Below the pieces are notes generated by a model. It saw nothing but the letters and a program-made list of their open reading frames with translations. It was not told where the DNA came from and searched no databases. From a virus (lineage: Duplodnaviria; Heunggongvirae; Uroviricota; Caudoviricetes): a stretch of DNA of 23,373 nt. Numbering within the stretch: position 1 is the first letter of the stretch; every line of letters begins with the position of its first letter. The stretch lies in IMG/VR virus record IMGVR_UViG_2663763232_000005. One strand, 5' to 3'. Shown here piece by piece: positions 8,662 to 18,350 of the stretch. Made by a program: the position numbers and the translations under genes.

Positions 8662-10157
8662 TATGCAGACTCCTCTGAATACTGAAGACGGAACTGGTTA
8701 ACCACGGCAAAAACACGCAACTGGTTAACATAGTCAGGCGGGAACAGCGTGTTCAGGCGGTTCGGAGCGCTGGCATCACGCTCCACAACCAGGTACTGCT
8801 TAAACAGTTCGTAGTTTTCCACGATCCCCGCACGCTCAAGCTGACGGTAGGTTGCCAGCAGTTCCCCTTTGATTACCGCCGGGGTGACAATCGCCTGACC
8901 GGGACCAAAGCGGGTACCGTCGCTGGCAAGCTTGTGACGCCCGTACTTACTGGTAATGACGGATTTCAGTTTGCGCAGTACATACGCACTGGTATGCAGC
9001 GTCTCGCTGTCGAGGTAGCTGTTATCCGCAACCCCGTAAGAATTTTTCCTGTACGTGGTGACATCACGCTGAATGCGCAGCACCCCGCTTTCGACATACG
9101 CCGTTGCCACGCCATGAGACAGCAGGGTCTGCTGCTCGGTCATCGTGAACCGTTTCCCCTTCGGCGCAGGCAGCATACCCACCAGCTCACCGGTCTGCGT
9201 GGGACGTGCCGGATCGTTGCGGATAAACACCGCTGCGCGGGCGGTACGGCTTGCCGCCAGCTCGTCGGCAGGCGTCTGGGTCTCTTTTTCGTACCCCGCC
9301 AGGGTGATGTGCTGCTGGTTAAACTGGTCACCTGCGTTCACCAGTTCTGACAGTGTGCCGGTCTTTGCCGTATACACATGACCATACAGCTGACGCGCAT
9401 AGCTCCAGCGACCGCTGGTATCGTTCATCTCGGTCACCAGCGTGTTAACGGAGGCCGTGTCGTTGAACGGCAGACCGATATAATCAAACGGCTCATCCGC
9501 CATTGCAGCCACCGCGCCGGTGAGAACCGGAGCGCCCGTTCCGGCGGTCCCCGTCGCCACGGCAATCTGTACGCCCGCTGGCAGCACTTCGCCCCCACCG
9601 AAGCCGTAGTAATTGAGGCTGACAGGAATTTCATTCCCGCAAAGCCCCTTATGACGCGCGGTCAGCGTGACAACACCAGCCGAAGATGAAGCTGTAAACG
9701 GCAGAGTCGGAACGGCATTGATGGCATCTTTGATACTGCTGGCAATCGTCGTGACGTTATCGCCGTTGGTCACCGGAGCCTGCACGCGGGTACGTCCCAC
9801 ATAGACATTCACCGTGCCGCTTTCGGTTGCTTCCCCGGTCACCGTCAGCGTAACCGTTGCCGCCGCGCCTGTGGCTTCCGGAACGGCAATCACATACAGC
9901 TCACCAAACGGGTCGGTCTGGCGATAAGCCTCGACCATACGCGCCAGCTGACTTCCCGCACCACAAATCTGGCGTGCATAGTCTGCCGACGGCATCAGCA
10001 CCAGACTGTTGGCAACAATCTCTGCACCGTTATTGGCATGACCAATCAGCAGCGATGCTCCGCTGTCCTGTGCAGTATTCGCAGCCTGGTTATCCATTTC
10101 CGCATAAAACAGCGGAACCAGCGTATTCGACGGAATGGTGTTAAAGCTTATCGTCAT
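8661..10157 (-). CDS. Contractile tail sheath protein (Mu gpL-like)
   Basis: 498-aa ORF, size and position typical of myovirus sheath proteins, followed by tube, chaperones and tape measure. Confidence 0.8.
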   Translation of the reverse strand: MTISFNTIPSNTLVPLFYAEMDNQAANTAQDSGASLLIGHANNGAEIVANSLVLMPSADYARQICGAGSQLARMVEAYRQTDPFGELYVIAVPEATGAAATVTLTVTGEATESGTVNVYVGRTRVQAPVTNGDNVTTIASSIKDAINAVPTLPFTASSSAGVVTLTARHKGLCGNEIPVSLNYYGFGGGEVLPAGVQIAVATGTAGTGAPVLTGAVAAMADEPFDYIGLPFNDTASVNTLVTEMNDTSGRWSYARQLYGHVYTAKTGTLSELVNAGDQFNQQHITLAGYEKETQTPADELAASRTARAAVFIRNDPARPTQTGELVGMLPAPKGKRFTMTEQQTLLSHGVATAYVESGVLRIQRDVTTYRKNSYGVADNSYLDSETLHTSAYVLRKLKSVITSKYGRHKLASDGTRFGPGQAIVTPAVIKGELLATYRQLERAGIVENYELFKQYLVVERDASAPNRLNTLFPPDYVNQLRVFAVVNQFRLQYSEESA

Positions 10158-10311
10158 CGGTGTTCACCTTTTTATTCACGCGCCGGATATCACCCGCTGC
10201 TTCACGGCGCAGCCAGTAGTTGTTCTCATCAACATTTCGCCCTTCGGCGGGCAAAAGGTCGCCGCGGGCAGGGTCAGGAACTGACCGCCCTTTAACAGGT
10301 TTGACAAACAT
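10141..10311 (-). CDS. Small hypothetical protein upstream of the sheath gene
   Basis: Manual translation gives a 56-aa ORF (MFVKPVKGRSVPDPARGDLLPAEGRNVDENNYWLRREAAGDIRRVNKKVNTDDDKL), below the track's length cutoff. GAGGA lies 5 nt before the ATG and overlaps the stop of the upstream gene; the ORF's stop overlaps the sheath start. Confidence 0.45.
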   Translation of the reverse strand: MFVKPVKGRSVPDPARGDLLPAEGRNVDENNYWLRREAAGDIRRVNKKVNTDDDKL

Positions 10312-10319
10312 GAGGATCC

Positions 10320-10880
10320 TCAGGAAGGAAGGGTTATTTCGGTGTGATGTTCTATATCGCCGTCAGGCCCGTTACCGGGCTCGAGATAATCAACATCAAT
10401 CGCCAGCGTTTGCAGTTCATCCAGACTGTTCAGATCATCCTGCTGGCGGGTATCGTCTTCAGTCAGCTCGCTAATGACCGAAAAATCGAACTGATAAATC
10501 AGCTCATGACGATTCAGATCCAGCAGCGTGCCGCCGTCATAGGTAATCGGGTTACCGCACGCCTCCGGGTTCCAGCCCAGCAGAGCCTTAAAGAGCATCT
10601 GCCGAACATCGTCCACCACATCATACGAGGCAAACTGACCGCGCTCATCACGCCCGTTACTCAGTATGACAACCACGGAGAAACCCTCTTTCAGCACCTG
10701 CCAGTAGTCGGTCTGGCTTTTGTTTTCTCCCGGAGAATCATCACCCGGTACAACATATGCCGCCGGGAGTTTCAGCTTTCCGACCTCCGGCAGATTTTTG
10801 AACTGGGCCGCGCCTGCAACCCGGTTTTCAAAATACGGACAGCGGGCACGCAGTGCAGCAATAACAGGCGTCAGTTTCAT
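10320..10880 (-). CDS. Hypothetical virion/tail protein (Mu-like gp37 position)
   Basis: 186-aa acidic ORF in the co-directional structural gene string between the head-completion genes and sheath; 4-nt overlap with the upstream gene. Function by synteny only. Confidence 0.5.
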   Translation of the reverse strand: MKLTPVIAALRARCPYFENRVAGAAQFKNLPEVGKLKLPAAYVVPGDDSPGENKSQTDYWQVLKEGFSVVVILSNGRDERGQFASYDVVDDVRQMLFKALLGWNPEACGNPITYDGGTLLDLNRHELIYQFDFSVISELTEDDTRQQDDLNSLDELQTLAIDVDYLEPGNGPDGDIEHHTEITLPS

Positions 10881-11383
10881 CTGTGTCGTCGCTCCGGCTT
10901 CAGTGATTTACGCAATTCCCGCGCCAGAAAATAGCGTGTCCAGCTGCGGTTCTTTTCAAGAGTTTCCACCATGAAGTTATTACGTGGAGCCAGTCGCCAG
11001 CCGCTGCCACCGGATGCACCACGATGATGACTACGACGACGTTTTGCTCCTCCCCGGACACCAAAAAACAGAAACGCCGGATAGAAGTCACCAGAGATCA
11101 TCCGGTTCCCCTTCCCGTTGTGCTGGTTAGGGGCAATGCGTGTCATAAAACCGGCTCGCTTTTTACTGGCTCTCGGCACCATGTAACCAATCGAACGAGC
11201 CAGGCGTCCGGTCTGATAACCGGGGTTTTCACCCGGTGCCGACCGCGCACGGCGCATCACCAGCCGACGGGCATCACGCATATGACGCTGCCCAATCGTG
11301 ATAAACGCCCGCCGGACACGGGCGCGGTTAAAGCGCATCTCCGCGGGCTGCTGAACATCAACGTGAAAAAAGGGAGTCGCCAT
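10877..11383 (-). CDS. Virion morphogenesis / tail-component protein (possibly HK97 gp10 family)
   Basis: 168-aa Arg-rich ORF containing TGRLARSI, which resembles the motif I recall for HK97 gp10-family proteins. Position is between head-tail joining genes and tail genes. Confidence 0.45.
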   Translation of the reverse strand: MATPFFHVDVQQPAEMRFNRARVRRAFITIGQRHMRDARRLVMRRARSAPGENPGYQTGRLARSIGYMVPRASKKRAGFMTRIAPNQHNGKGNRMISGDFYPAFLFFGVRGGAKRRRSHHRGASGGSGWRLAPRNNFMVETLEKNRSWTRYFLARELRKSLKPERRHR

Positions 11384-11768
11384 TGCTGCCTCCGTGACTC
11401 TGCGTAAATTCGCCCAGCTCCGTACACTCCAGCAGCAGAAAGCGCCGCGCCCCGTTCAGATCGCGCTGACGTTTCACCCGGTACACACTGTCACCGCAGA
11501 CCACCTCATAATCAGCGGTGATCCCCCTGCGGTAACGAATGGTGATGTAATGGGTGATGGCGTCCCCGGTCTGCGCGGTTTCCTGCCAGGTGGTGGCACT
11601 GGTCTGGATAACCTTCGCCCATGTCCGGAACGTAACCGGATATTGAGGCTCCACGCCAAAGTTATCCGCGGGCATATCCACCCGCTGGCGGATCAGGACG
11701 CGTTTATTCAGTTCGCCGGGGTCCGGCAGAATGTAGGTTGCGCTGGTCTGCGCCTGACGAATTTTCAT
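11358..11768 (-). CDS. Head-tail joining / head closure protein (putative)
   Basis: 136-aa ORF directly after the gp6-like connector gene with 4-nt overlap; assignment by synteny with HK97-type head modules. Confidence 0.45.
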   Translation of the reverse strand: MKIRQAQTSATYILPDPGELNKRVLIRQRVDMPADNFGVEPQYPVTFRTWAKVIQTSATTWQETAQTGDAITHYITIRYRRGITADYEVVCGDSVYRVKRQRDLNGARRFLLLECTELGEFTQSHGGSNGDSLFSR

Positions 11769-12088
11769 TGCGGAAAGTACCTGTACGGGCCAACAAGCCA
11801 GCCAAAACTCTGCGGCATGTCGAGTTTCTCCACTTCCGTAACCGACGAGCGGTTTTCGTAAAAATGGCTGATAAGCATCAGCATCCCCAGACGAATATCA
11901 TCCGGCAGGTGTAGCCCGTCCGGGTCGCTGTCCGGAATGGTTTCATCCGGTGCATAGAGCTTCCGGTTCAGATACGTTTCCGTCCGCTTTTGCGCCGCAC
12001 AGGCCAGCAGTTGCAGATGGCGGTCATCAACATCGAAATCCTCATCCAGCCGGAGTTGGGCTTTAATCTCTTCCATTGTCAGAAGCAT
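11765..12088 (-). CDS. gp6-like head-tail connector protein
   Basis: 107-aa ORF; N-terminus MLLTMEEIKAQLRLDEDFDVDDRHLQLL fits the conserved pattern of this family as I recall it. Lies downstream of the major capsid gene. Confidence 0.6.
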   Translation of the reverse strand: MLLTMEEIKAQLRLDEDFDVDDRHLQLLACAAQKRTETYLNRKLYAPDETIPDSDPDGLHLPDDIRLGMLMLISHFYENRSSVTEVEKLDMPQSFGWLVGPYRYFPQ

Positions 12089-12090
12089 AC

Positions 12091-12291
12091 TCAGCCCTCT
12101 TTACTGGTCGTGGCTTTTTTCTCTTTTGCCGCTTTACTGCTTTTTGCACTGATTCCGCGCTCTGCTAACCCGGCCTGAAGTGCAATCTCCTGCACCCGGG
12201 CAGGAAGCGCCCCGTCGTCATACTCACCGGCCCGAATGACCTCAACACGCATACCGTCCGGTGACCATTTCAGATCTTGTTTCAGGATCAT
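12091..12291 (-). CDS. Small hypothetical head-module protein
   Basis: 66-aa ORF with a Lys/Ala-rich tail, between the major capsid and connector genes, ending 3 nt before the next start. Confidence 0.4.
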   Translation of the reverse strand: MILKQDLKWSPDGMRVEVIRAGEYDDGALPARVQEIALQAGLAERGISAKSSKAAKEKKATTSKEG

Positions 12292-12313
12292 GATTCTTCA
12301 CCCGTCAGAACAG

Positions 12314-12333
12314 GGGGCGCGGTTCCGCGCCCC
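12314..12333 (-). promoter_or_regulatory. GC-rich hairpin immediately 3' of the major capsid gene (no U-tract)
   Basis: GGGGCGCGG-TT-CCGCGCCCC, a near-perfect 9-bp GC inverted repeat 8 nt after the capsid stop, with no T-run on either strand. Confidence 0.45.
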
Positions 12334-12340
12334 TGAATGA

Positions 12341-13546
12341 TTACGCCGCTGCAATCTTCAGCAGTTTGATGGCCTGCGAATCGACCAGCATCCCGCCGGT
12401 GCGCTTGGTGGTATAAAAACCGACAAACGGTTTATTGGTGTACGGATCGCGCAGAATGCGGGTGCCGATACGGTCAACGATGGTGTAACCCCGTTTGAAG
12501 TTACCAAATGCAATGGCTTTCGCATCAGCGGCGATATCCGGCATCTGTTCGTTTTCAGCGATACCGTAACCCGCCAGAGAGGACGGCTGCCCCAGTTCCA
12601 GCCCCGGACGCCACAGATAGTTACCCTCGGTGTCTTTCAGCAGACGGATGGCAAACAGGCTGTTGTTGTTCATCATGAACTTCGCGCCAGTGCGGTGTGC
12701 CTTTCGCAGCGTGTAAATCAGTTTGATAATGGCGTCTGCGGTCACCGCAGTCGCGTCGCCGGATACAATATGCTGAAGTTTGCCGAACGCCCGGACCTTG
12801 TCGGTTTCATCCGTGGATTCATACGCCAGGAACCCTTTCGGCTTCTTGGTACCATCGCCGGTGGTAAAGGCAATTTCTTCCTGTTCGGCAAATTCGGTTG
12901 CCAGCTCGCTGTTGATCCAGGCCTCCACGTTGAAAAAGGCATCATCCAGCATTTTCTGGGTGGCCTGCGGGTTACCGTAGATTTCCCCCATGAAAGGTTC
13001 AATCAGCCCCAGTTTTGAGGTGGCAGTCTGGGAACGCGCGTCAGTCTCGCCAACCCATCCGGAAGCCGTGCCGCCCAGATTCACCAGTTTTTTGTAGTCG
13101 GAACCGCCAACGGTGATCACCGTGGCTTCCTGGCGCATCACCACTTCATCTTTCAGCAGGGTCAGAATGTTGCGATCCAGCGCTTCCGGCACGGCGTAGC
13201 CACCGTCTTCATCGGTGCCCACCTGTAATGCCTTGCGCTCCAGATCGCGCAGACCATCTTCACGGCCTTTACGCAGGAAGCCCACAAACGCTTCTTTATG
13301 CTCGGTGGCCAGTTTATTTTGCGCACCACCTGCCGGACGTTTCAGCTCAAGCAGCTCTTTTTCAAGATCGCTTTTGAGGTTTTCCAGCTCGCTGAGTTTC
13401 CCGTTCAGGGTTTCCACCTGCCCGGCAAGTTTGCCTTTTTCCTGCTCAATCGCATCCACGCGCTTGTCGTTCTTTGCTTTGAAGTCGTCAAACTTCTGCT
13501 GCAGCTCCTGCGCGACCTGTTCGACATCTTTAATATCTACCGCCAT
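12341..13546 (-). CDS. Major capsid protein, HK97 family
   Basis: 401-aa ORF whose N-terminal region (DIKDVEQVAQELQQKFDDFKAKNDK...LSELENLKSDLEKELLELK) looks like a coiled-coil delta domain; follows the prohead protease and portal genes. Confidence 0.85.
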   Translation of the reverse strand: MAVDIKDVEQVAQELQQKFDDFKAKNDKRVDAIEQEKGKLAGQVETLNGKLSELENLKSDLEKELLELKRPAGGAQNKLATEHKEAFVGFLRKGREDGLRDLERKALQVGTDEDGGYAVPEALDRNILTLLKDEVVMRQEATVITVGGSDYKKLVNLGGTASGWVGETDARSQTATSKLGLIEPFMGEIYGNPQATQKMLDDAFFNVEAWINSELATEFAEQEEIAFTTGDGTKKPKGFLAYESTDETDKVRAFGKLQHIVSGDATAVTADAIIKLIYTLRKAHRTGAKFMMNNNSLFAIRLLKDTEGNYLWRPGLELGQPSSLAGYGIAENEQMPDIAADAKAIAFGNFKRGYTIVDRIGTRILRDPYTNKPFVGFYTTKRTGGMLVDSQAIKLLKIAAA

Positions 13547-13560
13547 CGTATTTCTCCTGA

Positions 13561-14247
13561 TTAGAAGTTCAGATTTTTCAGTGCATTCAGTGCAGAGCCC
13601 ACATCCTCAGCGTCGCGCAGGGACAGTGCGCCATAGCCCCCGGCCATGAATGCTTTGGCCTGGGTACGGGAGAGTCCGACATCACGCAGGACTCTTTCGA
13701 TTTTTTTCTGTTCGGGGATTTCCCCGCGGGCCAGTGCGTTCTTGACGTCGCTGATCCGCGCCTCGTCGTTAGACGGGAACGTCACCAGGCTGACTTCCCA
13801 GAGGTCGATTTCTTTCAGCAGAAAGGCTTCTTTCGTCCGGTCGTATTCCCAGTCCTTCAGGACGTACCCAATAGAAAGGCCGGTTAACGAACCGGCCTTC
13901 ATGTGTGCATGTGCGCGTTTTGCCAGGGGATCATCATCAATGAGCAACCGCCCCCTGACGTAAAGCCCGACATCGTCTTCCTTCATTTCGGTGTAAACAC
14001 CGATGGGTTCATCCATGCGGTGCTGCCAGAGCAGCGCAGGTAACGCTTTTCGGTCACTCCACGCCCGCAGGGAAGCAGCAAATGCCCCGGACATCACCAC
14101 ATCATCGTGGCTGTCCTTTACACCAAAGACGGAGCCATACCCTTCAAACTCACCGGAGTCACTGACAGATTTCAGACTCAGCGGTACATCAAGACGTTGT
14201 TTCGTCTGCATTGGCGTTATCCTTCTGCTTACCGGCTTTACTGCCAT
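13561..14247 (-). CDS. Prohead protease, HK97 family
   Basis: 228-aa ORF between portal and major capsid; N-terminal region (GYGSVFGVKDSHDDVVMSGAF) matches what I recall of this protease family. The true start may be an internal Met, because the track ORF overlaps the portal end by 59 nt. Confidence 0.8.
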   Translation of the reverse strand: MAVKPVSRRITPMQTKQRLDVPLSLKSVSDSGEFEGYGSVFGVKDSHDDVVMSGAFAASLRAWSDRKALPALLWQHRMDEPIGVYTEMKEDDVGLYVRGRLLIDDDPLAKRAHAHMKAGSLTGLSIGYVLKDWEYDRTKEAFLLKEIDLWEVSLVTFPSNDEARISDVKNALARGEIPEQKKIERVLRDVGLSRTQAKAFMAGGYGALSLRDAEDVGSALNALKNLNF

Positions 14248-15430
14248 CGGAGGGTTTCGTGGTCATGTTCATCGGTGTGAGATAGACATTCCCACCGGGA
14301 CGCGGATTCATATCTTCCAGGTCGCGGCAGTCATTGGGAGAGTAAATTCCCCAGTTAATCCCGGTGGCGTAGGCTTCAAAATGGGACTTCATATCCCCGC
14401 GCAGTAACGCCCCGGCGTTAAATTTGGCGTAATAAACGCCCTGCTTACTTTTTCGTACCAGTCCGGTGTTGATCCGCTGTTCGATGCGGGTCAGATACGG
14501 CACCAGTGAATAGTTGATAAATCCGAGCCCCAGTTCTTCGATATTGTTGAAGGTGGCGCGATCGGTGTTCTGCACCATGTGCAATGGCACCCGGAACAGA
14601 CGACAGATTTCTTCAAGCTGAAACTTGCGGGTTTCCAGGAACTGGCTGTCCTCTGCGTTCAACGCCATCGACTTCCAGTCCAGCCCCATCTCAAGGATCA
14701 TCGGGCGGTGAGCATTGCCAAGCCCGGTGTGACGCTCCTCAAAATCTTTCTTCAGGCGCTCATAAGCCTGATCCGACAGCGTCTGCTCTGTACGCAACAC
14801 ACCCGACGTCACCGCGCCATTGCTGAACAGTCTGGCCCCGTGCTCTTCGGTCGCTGCCGCCAGCGATATTGCCTCGCGGGCATAGGCGATGGGATTCAGT
14901 CCCACCAGACCGTCCAGCGTCAGCGTGCGCACATGCCAGATATCTTCCTGGCTCAGTACATCCGTGGAGCCGTCCGGAAATGTGACCTGGTAAACCGGTT
15001 CCCAGCTACTGTTAAGCTTCGGTACCACACAACCGGGATCGACGGGCAGCAGTTCAGCCACTTCGCCAAATGCTTTCACTTTGTAGGCGTAAAAATTTCC
15101 CCTCAGACACAGACAGGTGACCACCAGCTCCCAGAACTCCTGCGGCGTCATATAGCTATTGGGATGCGTGGAGATCAGTTTATGCAGACGTTCGCCGGTG
15201 GCTCTCTGCTTCAGGCTGCCGTTCAGGTGATACAGATTGCAGGGCAACATCCCGACCGACTCTGCCAGCACTCTGACGCAGGAAAAAACCGCCGTCAGTC
15301 GCATGGCTCGCTGACTGCTGATCTGCTTTCCGGTATAGGTGTCGTAGGACAACCCGATGGCATCCGCCAGCTCTGCTGGCGTGGTCACCGGTGCGTCACT
15401 TTTTCGTTGAAATAATCCCGAAAAGAACAC
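14189..15430 (-). CDS. Portal protein, HK97 family
   Basis: 413-aa ORF downstream of terL, size and position typical of the portal. The annotated start is a GTG overlapping the stop of the small upstream ORF. Confidence 0.85.
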   Translation of the reverse strand: MFFSGLFQRKSDAPVTTPAELADAIGLSYDTYTGKQISSQRAMRLTAVFSCVRVLAESVGMLPCNLYHLNGSLKQRATGERLHKLISTHPNSYMTPQEFWELVVTCLCLRGNFYAYKVKAFGEVAELLPVDPGCVVPKLNSSWEPVYQVTFPDGSTDVLSQEDIWHVRTLTLDGLVGLNPIAYAREAISLAAATEEHGARLFSNGAVTSGVLRTEQTLSDQAYERLKKDFEERHTGLGNAHRPMILEMGLDWKSMALNAEDSQFLETRKFQLEEICRLFRVPLHMVQNTDRATFNNIEELGLGFINYSLVPYLTRIEQRINTGLVRKSKQGVYYAKFNAGALLRGDMKSHFEAYATGINWGIYSPNDCRDLEDMNPRPGGNVYLTPMNMTTKPSDGSKAGKQKDNANADETTS

Positions 15431-15612
15431 TATTTACCTCCACCAACAGACAGCTGTGTACGGTCGAGATATCGCGCCACCAGCCACGACCAGAACAGGC
15501 ACAACGCCCCGGCAACAACAAACCCCGCCGGGGGATAAATCAGCCAGGCACCATACGCCAGCAAAAGCGCCCCCAGCACGCCCACCAGAGGCGCGAGAAT
15601 CAGCATGATCAT
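15430..15612 (-). CDS. Small two-helix membrane protein between terL and portal
   Basis: 60-aa [63 protein letters not shown] with two hydrophobic helices. GAGGT lies 5 nt before the ATG, and its stop overlaps the portal GTG (TAGTG). Confidence 0.45.
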   Translation of the reverse strand: MIMLILAPLVGVLGALLLAYGAWLIYPPAGFVVAGALCLFWSWLVARYLDRTQLSVGGGK

Positions 15613-15623
15613 AATTACCTCAG

Positions 15624-17357
15624 TTAAAGCGAGCGGATCCCATAGGACTCAATGTGGTCAGACAGCGTGTCTTCTTTCTCGTACAGCATGGCTCTGCCAA
15701 CCGCCATAATCAGCGCAACTGCACCATCGATTTTGTTTTCCGCCTGCTCCTTGACAGGCTTCACCACATCATCGTTACCCGGAATGGTTTTGCCGACCAC
15801 GTTGCCGATACACCAGGTCATGATGGGATTGCCGTCATGATGAAAGCGCCCCGATTCAATCGCCGCTTCCAGCTCTTTCATCGGATCGGACATGTTGGTG
15901 TAATTCTGAATGATGGTGATGGGGTTCAGGTCTTCATCAGCAAGGTCATGCGACAGCCCGGTCGCCCCGAAGGGGTCGATGGGTGACTCACTGACCGGGC
16001 TGATTTTGTTCGCCGCTTTGGCCTCCTCGAGGATGTAGCGATAATCCACCTCCGCACCAGCGGTAACAGTCAGAACGCCCATTTCCACCCATTTCTGAAA
16101 GCGTTCGGCTGTCCGGCGATCTTCATTTTTCTCGACGCTGTACACCGTGTCATACGGTACCCAGAAACGCGGGGCTACACTGTAGTAATGCGTTTTACCG
16201 TCAATCTCGCGGGTATAAAGTCGCGCCATGCTGTTCATATCCAGCTTACGCGCCAGGTCAAAGGCCAGAATGCACGGCTGCCCCTCGAACTGCTCAAGGG
16301 TCAGTGATTTATCCTCGCAGCTCTGCCAGCTCACCAGGTTGAAATACGCCGAACGTGCCGACACCCAGATATTGAGGTGTTTTGTTTTAAAGACGTTTGC
16401 CAGACGGGCGTTATTTTTCGCACGCTGCTGCTGACTTAACAAAAATTCGCGATAAACCGACACGCCAATATTTGGATTGGCTTTTTCCAGCACCTGCGGG
16501 TCGGTCCAGTCGTCACCTTCATCAACGGTATAGATGATCCCGAACAGTTCATCGTTAGGCACCAAGCCGTTGAGCATCTCGATGACTTCCCGCCGCTTGT
16601 CGTAGCACGGCCCCTCAATGTTGTACCCGGCGGTGGTGATGGCCCACATCAGTGGCTGACGTCGCGCGCCCATCCCGGTAAGCATCGTGGTGTAAAGTGC
16701 ATCTGTGGCATGCTCGTGATATTCATCCACCACAGCACAGTGGGGTGATGAACCATCACCGGGGTTACCGATCAGCGGTTCAAACCGCGCGCCATCCTCC
16801 GGACGGTTCATGTTTGAGGCGTTAACCTCAATCCCGAACGCTTCCGTCAGCATGGGTGTGCGTTTACACATCAGTCGCGCCGGGCGAAAGACTTCCCACG
16901 CCTGTTTCTCTGTCGTGGCACCGGAATACACTTCCGCGCCAAACTCGTTATCACAGGCAAAACAATACAGGGCAACACCGGCAGAGATTGCCGATTTGCC
17001 GTTCTTACGGGGGATTTCGGTATACACCTCCCGGAAGCGGCGCAGCCGGGTACCTTTATTGACCCAGCCAAACGCACAGCAGATCACAAAGAGCTGCCAC
17101 GGCTCCAGCGTGATGGGCATCCGTTTGAATGCCCACTCACCCTTGGTATGCGGCAACAGCTGAATAAATTTGGCGGCCCGTTCAGCCAGGTCCTTGTCGA
17201 AGCGGTAACGAAACGACTTACTTTTTTCCGCCATCAGGTCATCAAGATGGCGCTGGCAGGCCTGAATCACAAACTGGCAGGCCACAATCTTTCCGCGAAC
17301 GACATCCCGGGCATACTGATTGGCAGCATTTACGTTGGGGTAAGATTTCCGGCTCAT
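15624..17357 (-). CDS. Terminase large subunit
   Basis: 577-aa ORF, size typical of terL, with ATGA overlap with the small subunit gene upstream and the portal gene downstream. Confidence 0.9.
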   Translation of the reverse strand: MSRKSYPNVNAANQYARDVVRGKIVACQFVIQACQRHLDDLMAEKSKSFRYRFDKDLAERAAKFIQLLPHTKGEWAFKRMPITLEPWQLFVICCAFGWVNKGTRLRRFREVYTEIPRKNGKSAISAGVALYCFACDNEFGAEVYSGATTEKQAWEVFRPARLMCKRTPMLTEAFGIEVNASNMNRPEDGARFEPLIGNPGDGSSPHCAVVDEYHEHATDALYTTMLTGMGARRQPLMWAITTAGYNIEGPCYDKRREVIEMLNGLVPNDELFGIIYTVDEGDDWTDPQVLEKANPNIGVSVYREFLLSQQQRAKNNARLANVFKTKHLNIWVSARSAYFNLVSWQSCEDKSLTLEQFEGQPCILAFDLARKLDMNSMARLYTREIDGKTHYYSVAPRFWVPYDTVYSVEKNEDRRTAERFQKWVEMGVLTVTAGAEVDYRYILEEAKAANKISPVSESPIDPFGATGLSHDLADEDLNPITIIQNYTNMSDPMKELEAAIESGRFHHDGNPIMTWCIGNVVGKTIPGNDDVVKPVKEQAENKIDGAVALIMAVGRAMLYEKEDTLSDHIESYGIRSL

Positions 17358-17857
17358 GATTCGATAATTTTCAGAAACGGGTTAGTGGCTTTCTTCTGCC
17401 CCGCCAGGCCAATCAGACGCTGGCGGCTGCTGGGGTCGAGTCCGAGCATTGCCCCCGTGCTGCTCATCTCGGACTCCTGTTCTTTTTTGGCGGTCAGCTC
17501 CGGGTTTTTGACCATACCGCCCATTGCACCGGTGATGGTGTTGCCCTGGCTGGCAATATTTTTCACGGCACGTCGCCAGAACTCATAGGCCACGCACCAC
17601 CGCTCAAGTACCGCCAGGTCAGTCACGCACAACAGGCCCTGACCGCAGAGTTCTTTGGTTGTCAGTTGCCACATGATCGTGGCGAGAGGGAGATCTTCTT
17701 CAGCGAACCACTCCGGTGGCTCAACACCTTTGATGGGCGTAAAAACAGGTTCATCTTTGTTCAGGGCTCGCTTGCCGGGGTTTCCGGCCAGCGCCTTGCG
17801 CGCCGTTGGCTTGGGGCGACGCCCGGAACGCCCCGCCGTTCCAGCCATATGCGGCAC
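17354..17857 (-). CDS. Terminase small subunit (P27 family-like)
   Basis: 167-aa ORF with a basic N-terminus ([22 protein letters not shown]), immediately upstream of terL and downstream of HNH. Confidence 0.8.
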   Translation of the reverse strand: MPHMAGTAGRSGRRPKPTARKALAGNPGKRALNKDEPVFTPIKGVEPPEWFAEEDLPLATIMWQLTTKELCGQGLLCVTDLAVLERWCVAYEFWRRAVKNIASQGNTITGAMGGMVKNPELTAKKEQESEMSSTGAMLGLDPSSRQRLIGLAGQKKATNPFLKIIES

Positions 17858-17973
17858 TCCTGGTTAAATTTCATTTTTCGCGGGTATAAAAAAACGATGG
17901 GGCGGGCAGTCCGGAAGACGTCAGGTCACAGAGATTTGACCCGCCCCTCCCCTCAGACAGTTGAGAGTTATTA
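17858..17973. other. Putative cos/packaging-initiation region
   Basis: 116-bp non-coding gap between the HNH and terS genes, containing the inverted repeat GGGGCGGG (about 17900) and CCCGCCCC (about 17941). The position matches where HK97-type phages carry cos. Confidence 0.3.
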
Positions 17974-18324
17974 TCACTTAAGCCGTTCACGGGCCGTCTT
18001 CGCCTTATGACACGGCCAGCACAGACTCTGCAGATTACTGTCGGCATCAGTGCCGCCATGTACTTTAGGGATGATGTGGTCAACGGTTTTCGCTTCACGC
18101 GCCACACCAGCACGCAGACATAACTGACACAGGCCTTTGTCACGTTGCAGCACACGCACACGGATAACATCCCACTTAGAACCATAACCGCGCTGATGAC
18201 GGGATCGTCCTGACTTGTATTGCTTCCAGCCTTCGCTTTTGTGGCTTTCGCAGTAGCCTGACGGGTCTGTCGTGGTATTACGGCAGCCGCGAACGCGGCA
18301 GGCTTTTGGAGTTCGAGGGGGCAT
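17974..18324 (-). CDS. HNH endonuclease
   Basis: 116-aa ORF with Cys-rich motifs (CRVRGC...CESH, HIIPKVHGG, CWPCH). AGGAA sits about 9 nt before the ATG. Adjacent to terS, as in HK97. Confidence 0.85.
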   Translation of the reverse strand: MPPRTPKACRVRGCRNTTTDPSGYCESHKSEGWKQYKSGRSRHQRGYGSKWDVIRVRVLQRDKGLCQLCLRAGVAREAKTVDHIIPKVHGGTDADSNLQSLCWPCHKAKTARERLK

Positions 18325-18350
18325 AAATATATTCCTGTTCTTTGTCCGGA

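Noticed and set aside
10344-10934. 196-aa plus-strand ORF
   Set aside because: Antisense to the 10320..10880 structural gene within a tightly overlapping minus-strand operon; no independent signals.
14579-15415. 278-aa plus-strand ORF (and the nested 14584..14826 ORF)
   Set aside because: Lies entirely antisense to the portal gene, which has a clear family identity. Long antisense ORFs are expected in GC-rich coding DNA, and there is no RBS or operon context.
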